The translations under genes were made by a program, and so were the position numbers. Shown here in pieces: positions 12,530 to 25,812 of a stretch of DNA of 64,000 nt (the first letter of the stretch is position 1; the number at the start of each line of letters is the position of its first letter). The stretch is taken from contig JAAOMT010000312.1 in NCBI GenBank assembly GCA_016748015.1, positions 46,743 to 110,742 of the forward strand. Direction: 5' to 3'. This DNA is from Geosiphon pyriformis uo1. Taxonomy: Eukaryota > Fungi > Glomeromycota. The notes beneath the pieces were generated by a model. It was not told where the DNA came from. It was given only the letters and a program-made list of their open reading frames with translations, and made no database searches.

Positions 12530-13861
12530 TCCCAACAACAAAGACAATTAGGACAACTAATAACTGAATTTGCAAATATATTTGCAAGAGACAACAATGA
12601 CCTTGGAAAAACTAATATTGTCCAATACCAGATCCACACAGGAGATGCTCTACCAAAACATCAACAAGCTTATTGAGTGCTATCTGCCAGCCACCAATTC
12701 ATTAGGAAAGAAGTTCAGAGAATGCTCAATAATAGATTGATTCAACCATCAAGAAGTTCTTGGGCCTCATCAGTAGTCCTGGTTAAGAAGAAAAATGGAA
12801 AAATCAGATTTTGTGTTGACTACTGCCAACTGAACAGTATAATAATTGGAGATGCCTATCCTTTTTCAAAAATTGACGACATGCTAGATGCTTTAGGAAA
12901 AGCCAAGTTCTTCTTAACTTTAGACTTAGAAAGTGGATATTGACAAGTCGAAATAGACCCAAAAAATCGGCCCAAAACAGCATTTACTATTCAAAGAGGA
13001 AACTATGAGTTTAATTTTATGCTTTTTGGACTCTGCAATGCACTAACAATATTCCAATGACTCATGAATGTTGTATATAAAAAACTTTTGTGGCAATCAA
13101 TAGTTGTCTATTTTGATAACACTAATGTGTACTCACCAAGCTTTAAAGCTTATCTTATTCACCTGCAAGAAGTTTTTCAATGATTACAAAAAGCAGGATT
13201 AAATTTAAACATTGAGAAATATTACTTTAAAAAAACAAATTTAATCTTTCTTGGACACATTGTTAGCAAAAATGGAGTTAAACCAAATCCTGGAACAATT
13301 AGTGCTGTTAAAAACTTTTAAACATCCAGAAATACCACAGAGCTATAAGAATTTGTAGGATTAGCCTCTTACTATCAGAAATTCATAAAAGAATTTTCAA
13401 AGATTGCCAAACCACTCAAATATTTTACCAACAAAAATGTGCCATATTAATGGACTGAAAAACAACAGAAAGCCTTTGATACTCTTAAGACAAAATTAAC
13501 AACAGCCCCAGTTCTTGCTTACTCAGATTTCAACAAACGATTTCAACTAGCTACTGATGCTTCACACATAGCATTTGGTGCCATCCTATCACAATTAGAT
13601 GAAAATGGCCAGGAGCAAGTCATTGCTTATGCTAATAGAACACTCAAACCAACAGAACTCAAATATAGCACAACTGAATTAGAAGCTTCCACAGTCATTT
13701 GGGCTATTAAACATTTTCAGCAATACCTGAAAAATGGAAAAAAATTTGACATTATAACTGACAATATTGGCCTTAAATGGCTCAATAAAAAAAAAACTAA
13801 ACAAAGTACCAAACAGTCTCGATGGAATGACTTTCTAGCAGACTACAAATATATTATATAC
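12530..13861 (+). pseudogene. pol: Reverse transcriptase and RNase H of element A (RNase H interrupted by element B; resumes at 25692)
   Basis: PSRSSWASSVVLVKKKNGKIRFCVDY, LDLESGY*Q, VVYFDNTNVYS (YxDD), LATDASHIAFGAILSQ; DYKY.I.|HKPGKLH across the insertion. Confidence 0.9.
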
Positions 13862-14724
13862 TGTTATTTATAGAATATAGGAAGTATATTAGCATATGAA
13901 TTAGCCAATCAAAAGTAGCTGTAGTAAATGTGGAATTCCAAAATTTCTCTCAAGAGGAATTGCAAGATTCTAGGAATTTCAGAATTTTTGTACAAAAAAT
14001 CGCAAGATTCCAGAATTTCAGGATTTTTTTCAAGAGAAATTGCAGAATTCCAGGAATTCCAGAATTCCTAGTGTAAAGAATTAAGAAATCTCAATTATAT
14101 ATATATAGCAGTAGTGCTAAAAGCAAAAAGAGACAGAATTCTTTAGTTAGAAATCTCTCAGTTTAGATTTGATCTAAGTAACTTTCTACATTACAAATAT
14201 CAATAAATAATTATTCACTATCTCAATTCACTTTCCTTTATCAACACTTCATGTTGATAGTAATTTATACTTAACTACACTGGAACAATAGCTCTTGATC
14301 ATGGCTATTGATAAGATACTAACTTGCAAATGCCTTGGCTTAATTTTTTTTATCTTTTTTTTATTTTTTTTATTTTTCTTTTCTGTGTTTTGTTGTGTTT
14401 ACTAATCGATTAAGAATTAAGTGCTGAATTATTGATGTTAAAGATTGCCTGGTAAAAGATCCCTGTGAGTGGATAGAGCACATAAAAGAATTACAGATTA
14501 CTTACTAGAGGATTGCCAGCCACCAAGCCAAGAAAAAAATTGACAAAATTGCAATTCCAAGAGACTACTGAAAACAACTATTAAATCTCTGTTCATTATA
14601 TAAAGAACTCCAACTCAAAACCTTCAGATCACCAACCCAACAGAAACTATTATCAAGAAATTGATTGAGCACCAAGTTACGGATTTGTTATTTGCTTTGA
14701 GACCCCAAATAATTACCTATAACA
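13862..14724 (+). repeat. 5' LTR of element B
   Basis: TGTTA...TAACA; CCAAT box, GAATTC-rich repeat array, TATA; homologous to 23969-25691. Confidence 0.9.
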
Positions 14725-14744
14725 TTTAGTGCTTTCTATAAGGT

Positions 14745-17700
14745 ATAATTCTACAGAGAACCAGCACCAACAGCAATTATTCAAAAGTGGCAGAACCAGA
14801 AAACATAGGAGCAAACCATTTATGATTTGCCAAATCTTTGTTTCAATAGTACAGCTAACAATTAGGATTAAACAATAACCATTTCCCAGCAGAATCAGTC
14901 TTCAATTTTTATGTCAACAATAAAATTACAGACTGTTTAAGAGGAACAGTTAACATCAAATCAGCAAGAGAAACCTTTTATACAGAATTATTTCAACATA
15001 CCAGCTTACTAAAAAACCACAGCTTTGTACCAATCATTAAGGAAATCAACCAAACCATTAAAAGATACACTCAACAACAATTCTCTATTACCTACACAGA
15101 CAAAGACAAAGAAAGATTACAAATACCAGCAGTAATGCTTAAAAGAATACAGCTACCAACATAGAAAAAAACAAGAATAAAATTACCAACAAATCCATCA
15201 TATCACTATACACCAAGAAACACCATCAACATTTCAGCAACAGATGCATCCACATCAACCACAACATCAACATTTAGACAATTTCTATTTCAGAGTAAAC
15301 AAAGAAAAGAAGATTTTTTAGGACCATATGGCGTGTATTTTGAAGGATTTAAGTTATAATTGCTAATGCCATCAGGACTTTGATCTCTGCCATCCCAACC
15401 AAATTTCAAAACTGCGAGTTCTTGGAAAATAATGGAATTGGAAGGAGAACAGGAAGAAGAGAAAAAAAAATCTGAAGATTAAGAATTTACTTACCAGAAC
15501 CCAATCTCCAAAAACCCAGAAGTTGAAACTCCAAACCTTCAAACTCAGAAAAATCTAAACTTGGAAAATTCGGAAATCAGAACTCCAAATATTCAAACAC
15601 CACCAAATCAAAACAATCCAAACTCTGAGTTAATTAATCAACAACACTTATCTCCAGTAATCATCATTGATCAACCACCAGTTAAACCAATTCAATAGCA
15701 ACAAATACCACTACAGCAACTATTACAACAGCCATTTCAACTACCACAACAACCCAACTTAGATCCAATAGCATACACACCAATTGTAAAACTTGAAAAA
15801 TTTACTGGTAAAAAAGATAATACTCAAGTGTAGCTAAATAATGTGGAAAAAGCCATCGCAGCCAATGGATGGAATGATGACAGAGCTATGCAAGCTATCC
15901 TATACTTTCTTCAAGATACTGCTGACTCATGGTATCAAAGCTTGATCAACAAGCCTGTCACCTTTAATGTGTTCAAAACAGAGTTTTTAAGATACTTTAG
16001 CAACAACAATAGCATTAATTGATTAGCCAATACCTTTATCACTATTAAACAAGAAGAGACTAAAGCTGTCACCATTGTTACAGGTGATTATTTCTGCTGT
16101 CAAATTAAATAACAAACCCATAACTTGGTGCTCAAAGCTAATTGCAGTTGATATTGATCTGAAGGTTTAGTATCTGAAGGTTTTGGTTGAGTCCTTTGTA
16201 TAATGAACAGAGATTCAATGGTGTCAATAGTAGATGTGTCTTTCCAAGAGTTTTCCCAATTTTTTTCTCAGCATGGTGGCTGGATTTAGTCTGGCAGTCG
16301 TGCTCTTCTGGTAAGTTATCCAATAATATATATAAAATCCTACCCTTATTTCTGGGTCTTTTACCAAACTATTCTTGACATCAATAACTCAGCGCTTAAT
16401 CTTTTAATCAATTAGTATACAACAACAAAATTAAAGAATAAAAGAAAATACAATAAAGAAAAATAAAAGTAAAGAAAGTAAAGAAAATAAGCCAAGACAA
16501 TTTGGTCCGTTAGTATCTCATCAATAGCCGTGATCAAGAGCTATTGTTCCAGCATGGTTAAGTATCAATTACTATCAACATAAAGTGTTGATAGTGAAGA
16601 GTGGATTAAGATATGGAATGATTATTTATTTAATGATTAGTTTCTTGGCTAAGGATTCTGTGATATCGATTCTGTCTTTTCTGTTTCTAATACTACTGCT
16701 ATATATACATAATTGAGATTCCTCAATTCCTTGATTCTTTATAACAGGAATCCTAGAATTCCTGGAATCCTGCAATTCTTTTGAGAGGAATCCTGGAATT
16801 CTGGAATCCTGTAATTCCTCATTGAAAATCCTGAAATTCCTAGAATTCTGCAATTTCTGAGAGAAATTCTGGAATTCCACATTTACTACACTTACTTCTG
16901 ATTGGCTAATAATTATGCTAATATAATTCCTATATTTCTATGAGTAACATCATGTACCTAGAATGCTTCCACAGAAACTTGCACCAAATTCAGGCTATTC
17001 AAGTTGACTATTTTATAGCACCACAAATTTTGAATCAGTTTATTAGAGGATTGCACAGTAGTATCTTCCAATGCATACATCTATTACACCCAACAGACCT
17101 CCAAGCTGCAGTCAACAATGCCAGAGACTTTGAAGCCACTGAACTCAAAGCTAACCATTCCCAAGCCATTAACCTGGTCATAAATAAATCATTTGAATTG
17201 GATTCCAAATTGAAGCAATTCAGTGATTCAATCAATCAGTAATTATAGGAATACTTAGCTGACAATCGCACAATTTATCAGCCACTACAGCAACACCATA
17301 ATTTAGGAAATGCGACTTGTTTCCAAAATCAGTAGTGTCTACTATCATCATCAAATCACCCATGGCAGCCTAAGATGCATGTCTGCCACAACTGTAGTAA
17401 ACAAGACCATATCTGAATCAACTGCCATTCTTATAGCAACCCACAATCAGGAAATCAATACAAAAACCCCGATCACAGATTTCAGACCCCAAACTATTAC
17501 CCAAATCAAGATCAATATCAACCCACTTATCTGCCAATAACGCAGCAGCCAATCTATCAACCACCAGTATATCAAGCTCCAATTTATCAGCTGCAGTCAC
17601 AAGTAATATATCAATTACCACCATCAGTAATCTATTAACCCCAACAAATTCAAACACCATCTCAGAACTTACCTCAAAACAGAACCCACAGACCAAGAAT

Positions 17701-17830
17701 GACACAATAAAGTTGAAGATTGGCAATGGTAATTTACCAACCAATCCCCAGTCTATCCAACCAATCTTTGGGATCATGTCAGCAAAGTACAAAAACCGGA
17801 TATAACCAAAACCTGAGTTCTCAGAACTAT
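14745..17830 (+). pseudogene. gag: gag of element B (interrupted by solo LTR 16076-16949)
   Basis: AYTPIVKLEKFTG...EKAIAANGWNDDRAMQAI; QILNQFIRGL; VCHNCSKQDHI*INC zinc knuckle at ~17381-17425. Confidence 0.82.
16076..16949 (-). mobile_element. Solo LTR (B-like family) inserted in gag of B
   Basis: Reverse complement of LTR B type; TSD ccat/tcat; gag frame continues on both sides (AVTT|YL.CFHRNL). Confidence 0.88.
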
Positions 17831-18019
17831 TTAAGTTTTCTAATTATCCCAGAAAATGCCTCATCCAACAACTTGGAAACAAACCAGAAATCTCTTACCA
17901 ACAATATCCCACCAGCCACTGTCACCAATGACAAATTACTCACAGCTATCTTTCTATTTGAATTTGAAAAACTGTCATTCACACTGTTATTCAGTAGAGC
18001 TGTGTTTGAAGAAAAACCA

Positions 18020-18390
18020 ATTACCATTATGTATACTGATGCTAAAATTAATGGCCATTCCATCAAACTGATCTTAGACAGTAAATCAACTGGCAGCATG
18101 ATTACAAAACAGTTTATGGACTAATTACATTGCTGAGTTGATCAAACTGCCAATGCAAAGATAATTACAGCTGATGGAACCACTAAGACTCCAATTGGTA
18201 AAATAGATAATCTTCCTATAGAAATCAATGGCATTATTGTACTCATCAAAGTTCTTGTGATGGAAGCAACCCAGTACCAAGCACTTGTTGGTAATGACTG
18301 GCTAGTCAAAACAAATGCTGTACTTGACTAGAACATATAAGAATTACAGCTGAGTCAGAACGGTTGACACATACAGATACTTGCTATGTG
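18020..18390 (+). pseudogene. Aspartic protease of element B
   Basis: IKLILDSKSTG, IITADG, ALVGNDWL. Confidence 0.85.
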
Positions 18391-19666
18391 TGGACACTTC
18401 AAACTCATCATCATGCCATCAGCCCCACTTATCAAAGTCAAAAAAGAAAAAAAGAAATCTACCTGGGAAGCCTATTAAGTGTTCTGGGCTAATAAAGACT
18501 CAAATAGCAATGGAGCATTTGGTATCGACAATGAGCTATCACTGATACTCTTTTGGAATGACAAGAGAAAAAAAACACAAAAAGAAGAACCTACCTGGAA
18601 TGCCAACCAAGCCTGGGTAACTGATAATGATCAGGACAAAATAACAACTTGGAAGTGGAAAGAAGATAACAATAAGAAAAAAGAGAAAGAAAAGGATAAA
18701 GGTCCAACACTAATCACCACTTATAGCCCATATGCTTACTCTTCACCACTGCCATCTAACTATCACTGACTGAAATTAGTATGCATAGATTGTGGCAAGA
18801 AATTGTTGTTAATGAGCACATGCTGTGGCAATGATAAGAAATACTCCACAGCAACAAAATTCTATTGTTGCCCATGCATCATAGAATGGTTTGGATGCCC
18901 AAAAAGACAAAAAAAATGGAATAATGAACCTTGTCTTGCATGTGAAACTATTTTGTCTAATAAAAGAATGTGGAATAACATTCCTGGGCAAGGAGGAACA
19001 TGTAACAAGACATGCCAGTATATTATCCTGATAAATAACTGGGTATGCAAAGAAACTCCAATTGACAATGCCTAAAAAAGAGTGTTGTAACAGTTAGAAA
19101 AATATCCACATGATGAACATAAAATCTGGAGAATGGTGAGTGCAAAAGCAAAAGACATCACTACCAGAGAGTTATTAGAAATTAAGAATAACTCACTCTC
19201 ACTGCCTGAATCCGAATATGTCCTCACTCTTGACGTCTTTGGTAACATAGAAAATGATCCAAAAGAATTCCATAAATATTACCAGCAATTAGCACCCACT
19301 AGAGAAGAGCAAGAGCAGTATTTGAAGCAGTTGAATACTCGATTATGTCAACACTGCTTAATCCTATGTAACTTTCAATATTGTAATGAGTGTGATCTCA
19401 TTTACAATCCACCCACACACATAATCTACACAATCTCAGAAGAAAAAGAACTAGTCAGCAGCTGCACATCAGAATTGAAATTAATTTTCAATTCCAATTC
19501 AAACTTTGACAATAATGATGACAAAAACAACAGTTCCAGCTCTGCTCAATGTGGCAATGAAAAATATAGCAAGTCAAACTCTGATTCAAACCCCAAAACA
19601 TATATTGTACTTCTTGATCTCACCAAAGAACAAAAACTCAGATGGTTTAGTGATAATAATGAAGAT

Positions 19667-20062
19667 ATCATACCAGAACACATACATAATACTAATGCAG
19701 GGTTTGATTTGAGATATTCAGAAAAAAATCCCATCAAATTAAAACCCCATTTATGCACTTGTATTGATCTCAAAATGGCACTGGAAATTCTAGCAACAAT
19801 AATGGTTCAGTTAGCATCTAGAAGTAGCTTAGCCAAAAAGGGAATCAACATCAGAGAAGGAATAATTGATGCAGAATACATAGGAAATATCATTGCTATA
19901 TTACAAAATGACTCGAAAAAGACATATATTATAGATTCAAATGAAAAAATAGCACAAGCAATATTTCTACCTTTAGTAAAAATAGCTCAATTAGTATCAG
20001 TGAGAAACAGAGAAGAATTAGGAATAACAGCAAGAGGAATACAAAAATTCGGATCAACAGAT
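19667..20062 (+). pseudogene. dUTPase domain within pol of element B
   Basis: NAGFDL, ASRSSLAKKG, IIDAEYIG, EKIAQAI, RGIQKFGSTD within ORF 19133-20455. Confidence 0.92.
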
Positions 20063-20499
20063 AGAATAGATGTACCAATTAATATGGCAGAAAAAAAAAT
20101 TATTAACAAGGGAGAAATTATCTCCGCCCATCAACCAATTTCCATTCCACCATATGACCAGTACATATTAGTTATAAAGAGAAAAGTAAAGAATCAAGTT
20201 CAGATTTTTGAGGCAGAATCAATACTTTGTGAATCAAGAGAAATTGAATTGGTCAATTTATACATACCAGCAAAGAATCATAGTCACATCAAAATTCTCA
20301 TTTACAACAACATGGAAAATATTATCGAAATACCAAAAGGAATCATTATTGGACATTTAACTACTGAAATTGAAAATCAACTGTCAGATACTATTCCAGA
20401 CTTTCCACAACTATGTGAATATGTGGATATCACATCTCAAACCATATATGGATGAGAAGAATGTTATTTGCTCCAGTCAGAACAATTGGAATAAATAAA

Positions 20500-21870
20500 C
20501 ATAAGAAACTTAGATCCACTACAATGTATGCAGCTCAAAATGTTACTCAACAATTTTAATGACATTTTTGCCAGCAAAAACGAATTTGGCAGAACTGACA
20601 TCATCCAACATTAAATCAAGATTGGAGATGCAATGCCAATTAAACAGAGAGCATACAAAGTACCACCAGCCAGTCATGAGATCATTTGTTAAGAAATCAA
20701 TTGAATGCTTGACAATGGACTAATTCAGCCATCAATGAGCCCATGGTCATTACCAGTGGTACTAATCTGAAAAAAAAATGGAAAAATTTGCTTTTGTGTA
20801 AATGAAGTGACCAAAGGAGATAACTATCTAACACCAAAGATTCAAGAACTGTTTGATGCTTTTGGAGGAAAGAAATGATTCTCGATGCTAAACTTAGACA
20901 GCGGTTACTGACAAGTAGCCATGAAACCAGAAGACAAAGAGAAAATGGCTTTTACAACTCAAGAAAGAAACTTTGAATTTGAAGTAATGCCATTTGGCTT
21001 GATGAATGCACCAGCAACATTCCAATAGCTAATGGAAATTGTATATATCAGACTACTATAGAAATCAGTAATTATATACTTGGATGATATCAATGTGTTT
21101 TCAAAAACATTTGATGATCATCTGCATCATCTCCAACAAGTGTTTGAAAGATTAAAAAGAGCCAGACTAAAGCTAAATATGACCAAATGTTTCTTTGAAA
21201 AAACTGAACTCAAGTTTTTGGGATATGTGGTGAGCAAAGATGGAATCAAAACAAATTCAGACAAGATTAAGATTGTTAAGAACTTTCCAGTACTAAATAA
21301 TTTCACAGAATTGAGAGCATTCTTGTGATTTGCTGGATACTACTGCCACTTTATTAAGAATTTTTTCAAAATAGCTTAACCACTACACCAACTCCAAACA
21401 AAGAACACCAATATGAATAGACAGAAATACAGCAAAAAGCTTTTGATATATTAAGAAAAAAGCTTATTCAAGCTCCAATACTAATCTATTCGGATCATAG
21501 CAAGCCATTCATAATTACAATTAATACATCTGATTAAGCATTGGGAGCAATACTATCACAGAAAAAACCAGATGGAAGAGAACATTCAGTAGCATATGCC
21601 AGCCAAAGCTTGAGTTCAGCTGAAAAGAACTATGGAACACCAGCATTAGAACACTTAGCAATCTATTGAGCAGTTATGAAATGGAAAAAATACTTGAGCC
21701 AAAAGTTTGAAATATATATGAATCACAAAGAATTGACTTCAATCCAAAAGCAAAAATTTGAAGACAATTGTCATGCCAGATAGAAAATAAAACTTTCACT
21801 ATTCAATTATATGGTACATTATAAAAAGAAAAAAACAATGGAAATGCTGACAAATTGTCGTGAATAAGAC
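20500..21870 (+). pseudogene. pol: RT and RNase H of element B
   Basis: [58 protein letters not shown]. Confidence 0.9.
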
Positions 21871-21909
21871 AAATCTAAAAACATTTCAAACCCAAAAATA
21901 TAACAAAAG

Positions 21910-23285
21910 ATGAATATACAAAAATACCAACAACTCCAACATTATATAAATACCCAATTGTTCAAAAAAAAATTATCTCAAAAAAAACAAAACAACATAA
22001 AACAGCAATCAAAACATTTTATTAACCATCAAAATATACTTTACCAGAAAAACAAAAGAAATTCAGATCAACCAACCAGAGTAATCACAGAACTGGAGAA
22101 AGAGACAATACTATTCAACATATATTCAGATTCAATAGCAGGACATTTTCACAAAAAAGCAACCATGAAAAGAACCAAAAAAAATACTATTGGCCATCAA
22201 TATATCCAAACATTATTCAATACATTCAAAGTTGTGATGTTTGTCAAAAAAGAGATAGAGCAAAACTCAATGGACTATTGAGACTGATTAAAGTGAGACA
22301 ACCATTCGACCATATCAGAATTGACTTAGTCGGACCATTAACAATCACCAGCAAAAGCAACAGATATATTGCAGTAGCCATAGATAATCTCACAAAATGG
22401 CCAGAAGCAAAAGCCATTCAAAGAGCAAATGCAGAATCCGTTACTGAATTTGTTCATCAAAAATTGATCTGTTGACACAAATATTCAAAAGAACTATTAT
22501 CAGATCAAAGAACCCACTTTGTGAACAGAACATTGACAGAATTAAGTCAAAGATTTGGAATTAAAAGACCATTGTTATTACCATACCATCTACAAACTAA
22601 TGAATTAGTTGAAAGATTTAACAGAACACTGTGTGAAGCAATTGCCAAGATCAGTTAAAAAAACCAGAACAAGTGGAACTTGTTTATACCATCAGTATTA
22701 TTTGCTTATTGAACAATGAAACAAGACACTACACAAGCAACACCATTTGAATTAGTATACGGTAGAACAGCAACATTACCAGTTGAAATAGAAGTCAATA
22801 CTTATTCAGCAGAACCAATAACTGAAGACAATTTTCAGAAAACATTACTAAGAAGAACATATGACTTGATGGAAACATTAGAAAACAAACAGCAAAAAGC
22901 AGCAGATAACATCCAAAAGTCACAAGAAAAACAAAAAAAAAGACATAATGACCAACTACCAAAGAAACCAGTTAAATTCAAAATTGAAAACAAAGTACTT
23001 CTACATTGTACCAAAGCAGAAAAACAATGAAGTGGAAAATTTGATCCCAAATGGGATAGACCATTTTACATAAAAGAAATTCTTGGAAATGGAGCTTATA
23101 AATTAAGATGGAACAACAAAATCTTAGCCAAAGCAGCACATAGTGATTAACTGAAACCATATTACTATATAGTGTCATCATCCACCAGTAGTATTCCACA
23201 ATTAGGAGTACAGAGAATACTAGTCCAATCAGATAAGATTCCACAAGATCTGGAACCAATCATAATTATTAAAACAAACACGTAA
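21910..23285 (+). pseudogene. Integrase of element B (HHCC, DDE, GPY/F-like module; no chromodomain)
   Basis: IAGHF...CDVCQ; IDLVGPL; KWPEAKAI; LLSDQRTHF; VERFNRTL; TPFELVYGR; PKWDRPF. Confidence 0.88.
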
Positions 23286-23316
23286 AATTGAACAATAAAA
23301 AGAGGATATAAAGACA

Positions 23317-23949
23317 TGGTAGACACAACAGAGAACTTCAGAAAAATGAAAATTACCAACAATATTTGCTCACTAGCACAACAAATTTTTCAACTGATCC
23401 AACAACAAAATATAGAAATTATTATCAATCAACAAATTATTTAATACTGAAATACCAGAAAGATACCCAAATACAAAAGTCAAAAAAAAACAGAAAACAC
23501 TATTGACAAAATGGTTCTAAAAATAAAATTAGCAATAGAAGAACCAACAAGTGTCACCACATATCAAAAGTTGACCAGAGAAATGTGAAAATGGTGAATA
23601 CATAAATTTTCAAGAAACTTTTGTTATTTCCACTTGGAACGACACTTGAATATTCAGAATTTATATACAGATAAAACAAAATGATTATTTGATACAACAA
23701 TACTGCAACAACTGGAAAATTTTGTGAGAAAAAACAATCTAACAATACAAGCAAGAGTCATCTATTGATTGCATGCTGGATTCCAAGACAGACCAGAAAT
23801 TTTACTTAATCCGAAAATGGATTCTATTACCCAATTTAAAGAATTACAGAACAAAATAACTCAAGTAATTCTTGAAAAAGAAGTTCAAAAAATACTCAAA
23901 GACAGAGAATTAGAGTTAGGAGATTTGGGAGATCTCAATGGAGCTTAAT
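23317..23949 (+). pseudogene. Extra 3' ORF of element B (unknown function, env position)
   Basis: ATG at 23317; mostly open frame MVDTTENFRKMK...ELELGDLGDLNGA ending at the PPT. Confidence 0.55.
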
Positions 23950-23968
23950 ATTAAAAAGAAAGGAATAA

Positions 23969-25691
23969 TATTACTCATAGAATATAGAAAGTATATTAGC
24001 ATATGAATTAGCCAATCAGAAGTAGCCATAGTAAATATGGAATTCCAGAATTTTTCTCAAGAGAAATCACAAGATTCCAGAAATTTTAGGATTCTTGTAT
24101 AAGGAATCACAGGATTCCAGAATTCCAGGATTCTCTTCAAAAGAAATTGCAGAATTCCAGGAATTCCAGAATTTCTAGTGTGAAGAATTGAGAAATCTCA
24201 ATTATGTATATATAGCAGTAGTGCTAGAAGCAGAAAAAGACAGAATTCTTTAGTTAGAGATCTCTCAGTTTAGATTTGATCTAAGCAACTTTCCACATCA
24301 CAAATATCAATAAATAATTATTTACTATCTCAATCCACTTTCCTTTATCAACACTTCATGTTGATAGTAATTCATACTTAACTACACTGGAACAATAGCT
24401 TTTGATTACAGCTATTGATGGAATACTAACTTGCAAATGCCTTGGCTTAATTTTTTTTATCTTCTTTTTATTTTCTTTAATTTTTTTTCTGTGTTTTGTT
24501 GTGTTTACTAATCAATTAAGGATTAAGTGCTGTTACTCATAAAATATAAGAAGTATATTAGCATATAAATTAGCCAATTAGAAGTAGCCATAGTAAATGT
24601 GGAATTCCAGGATTCCTCTTAAGAAAAATTGCAAGATTCCAGGAATTTCAGGATTTCCATACAAGAAATTGCAGAATTCCAGAATTCCAAGATTCCTCTT
24701 AAAAGAAATTGCAGGATTCTAAGAATTCTAGGATTCCTGGTGTAAAAAATTGAGGAATTGAGAAATCTTAATTATGTATATATAGCAGTAGTATTGGAAG
24801 CAGAAAGAGACAGAATCTTTTAGTTAGAGACCTCTTGGTTTAGATTTGATCTAAGCAATCTTCCATTTACAAATATCAATAAATAAATATTCACTATCTT
24901 CACTATCAATCCTTCATGTTAATAGTAATTGATACTTAACCATACTAGAACAATAGCTCTTGATTACGGCTATTGACAGAATACTACCTTGCAATTGCTT
25001 TTACTTGTTTCTTTATTTTCTTTTATTTTCTTTTTATTTCTTTGTTATTTCTTTGGTTTTTACTAAATTGATTAAGGATTAAGCACTAAGATACAGACAT
25101 CATAGGGACTGGTAAAAGACCCATAAAACAAGGGTAAAACATTCATAGATTTAAGGATAGCTTACCAGGAAGATTACTGGCCATCACACTGAAAAAAAAA
25201 TTTGATGGAATTGCAATTCTGGAAGACTACTAAAAACAACTATTAAATCTCTGTCCATTATACAAAAAACTCCACAATAAAACCTTCAGATCAACAAAAT
25301 CTTTAGATATTAACACCAAAATACCAACCAAGCACCAAGTTACAGATCTGTTATTTGCTTTGAGACCCCAAATAATTATCTGTAACAGTGCTGAAGTATT
25401 GACATCAAGAATTGCCTGGTAAAAGACCCCTGTGAGTGGATAGAGCACATAAAAAAATTACAGATTACTTACTAGAGGATTGCCAGTCACCAAGCCAAGA
25501 AAAAAAATTGATAGAATTGTGATTCTGAGAGACTACTAAAAACAACTATTAAATCTCTGTTCATTATACAAGAACTCCAACTCAAAATCTTCAGATTACC
25601 AACTCAACAGAAACTATTATCAAGAGATTGATTGAGCACCAAATTACAGATTTGTTATTTGCTTTGAGACCCCAAATAATTACTTGTAACA
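23969..25691 (+). repeat. 3' LTR of element B, split by solo LTR
   Basis: Matches 13862-14724 once 24531-25391 is removed. Confidence 0.88.
24531..25387 (+). mobile_element. Solo LTR (B-like subfamily) inserted inside the 3' LTR of B
   Basis: TGTTACTCAT...TGTAACA flanked by perfect 4-bp TSD GTGC. Confidence 0.9.
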
Positions 25692-25812
25692 ACACCACAA
25701 ACCAGGAAAACTACACACCAATATTAATAGTCTTTCAAGAATGAAACAAGATTAACACCACCAACAATTCCACTACAATTTACCACTACCAACAAAACAA
25801 CAAAACAACAAT

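Larger units (their letters stand above)
13862..25691 (+). mobile_element. Full-length decayed Ty3/Gypsy element 'B' with dUTPase, nested in RNase H of A
   Basis: LTRs 13862-14724 and 23969-25691 (latter split by a solo LTR), TSD atac/acac, PBS 14727, PPT aaaaagaaaggaataa before 23969. Confidence 0.92.

Noticed and set aside
23317-23949. Calling the 3' ORFs env genes
   Set aside because: No signal peptide, furin site or transmembrane anchor visible.
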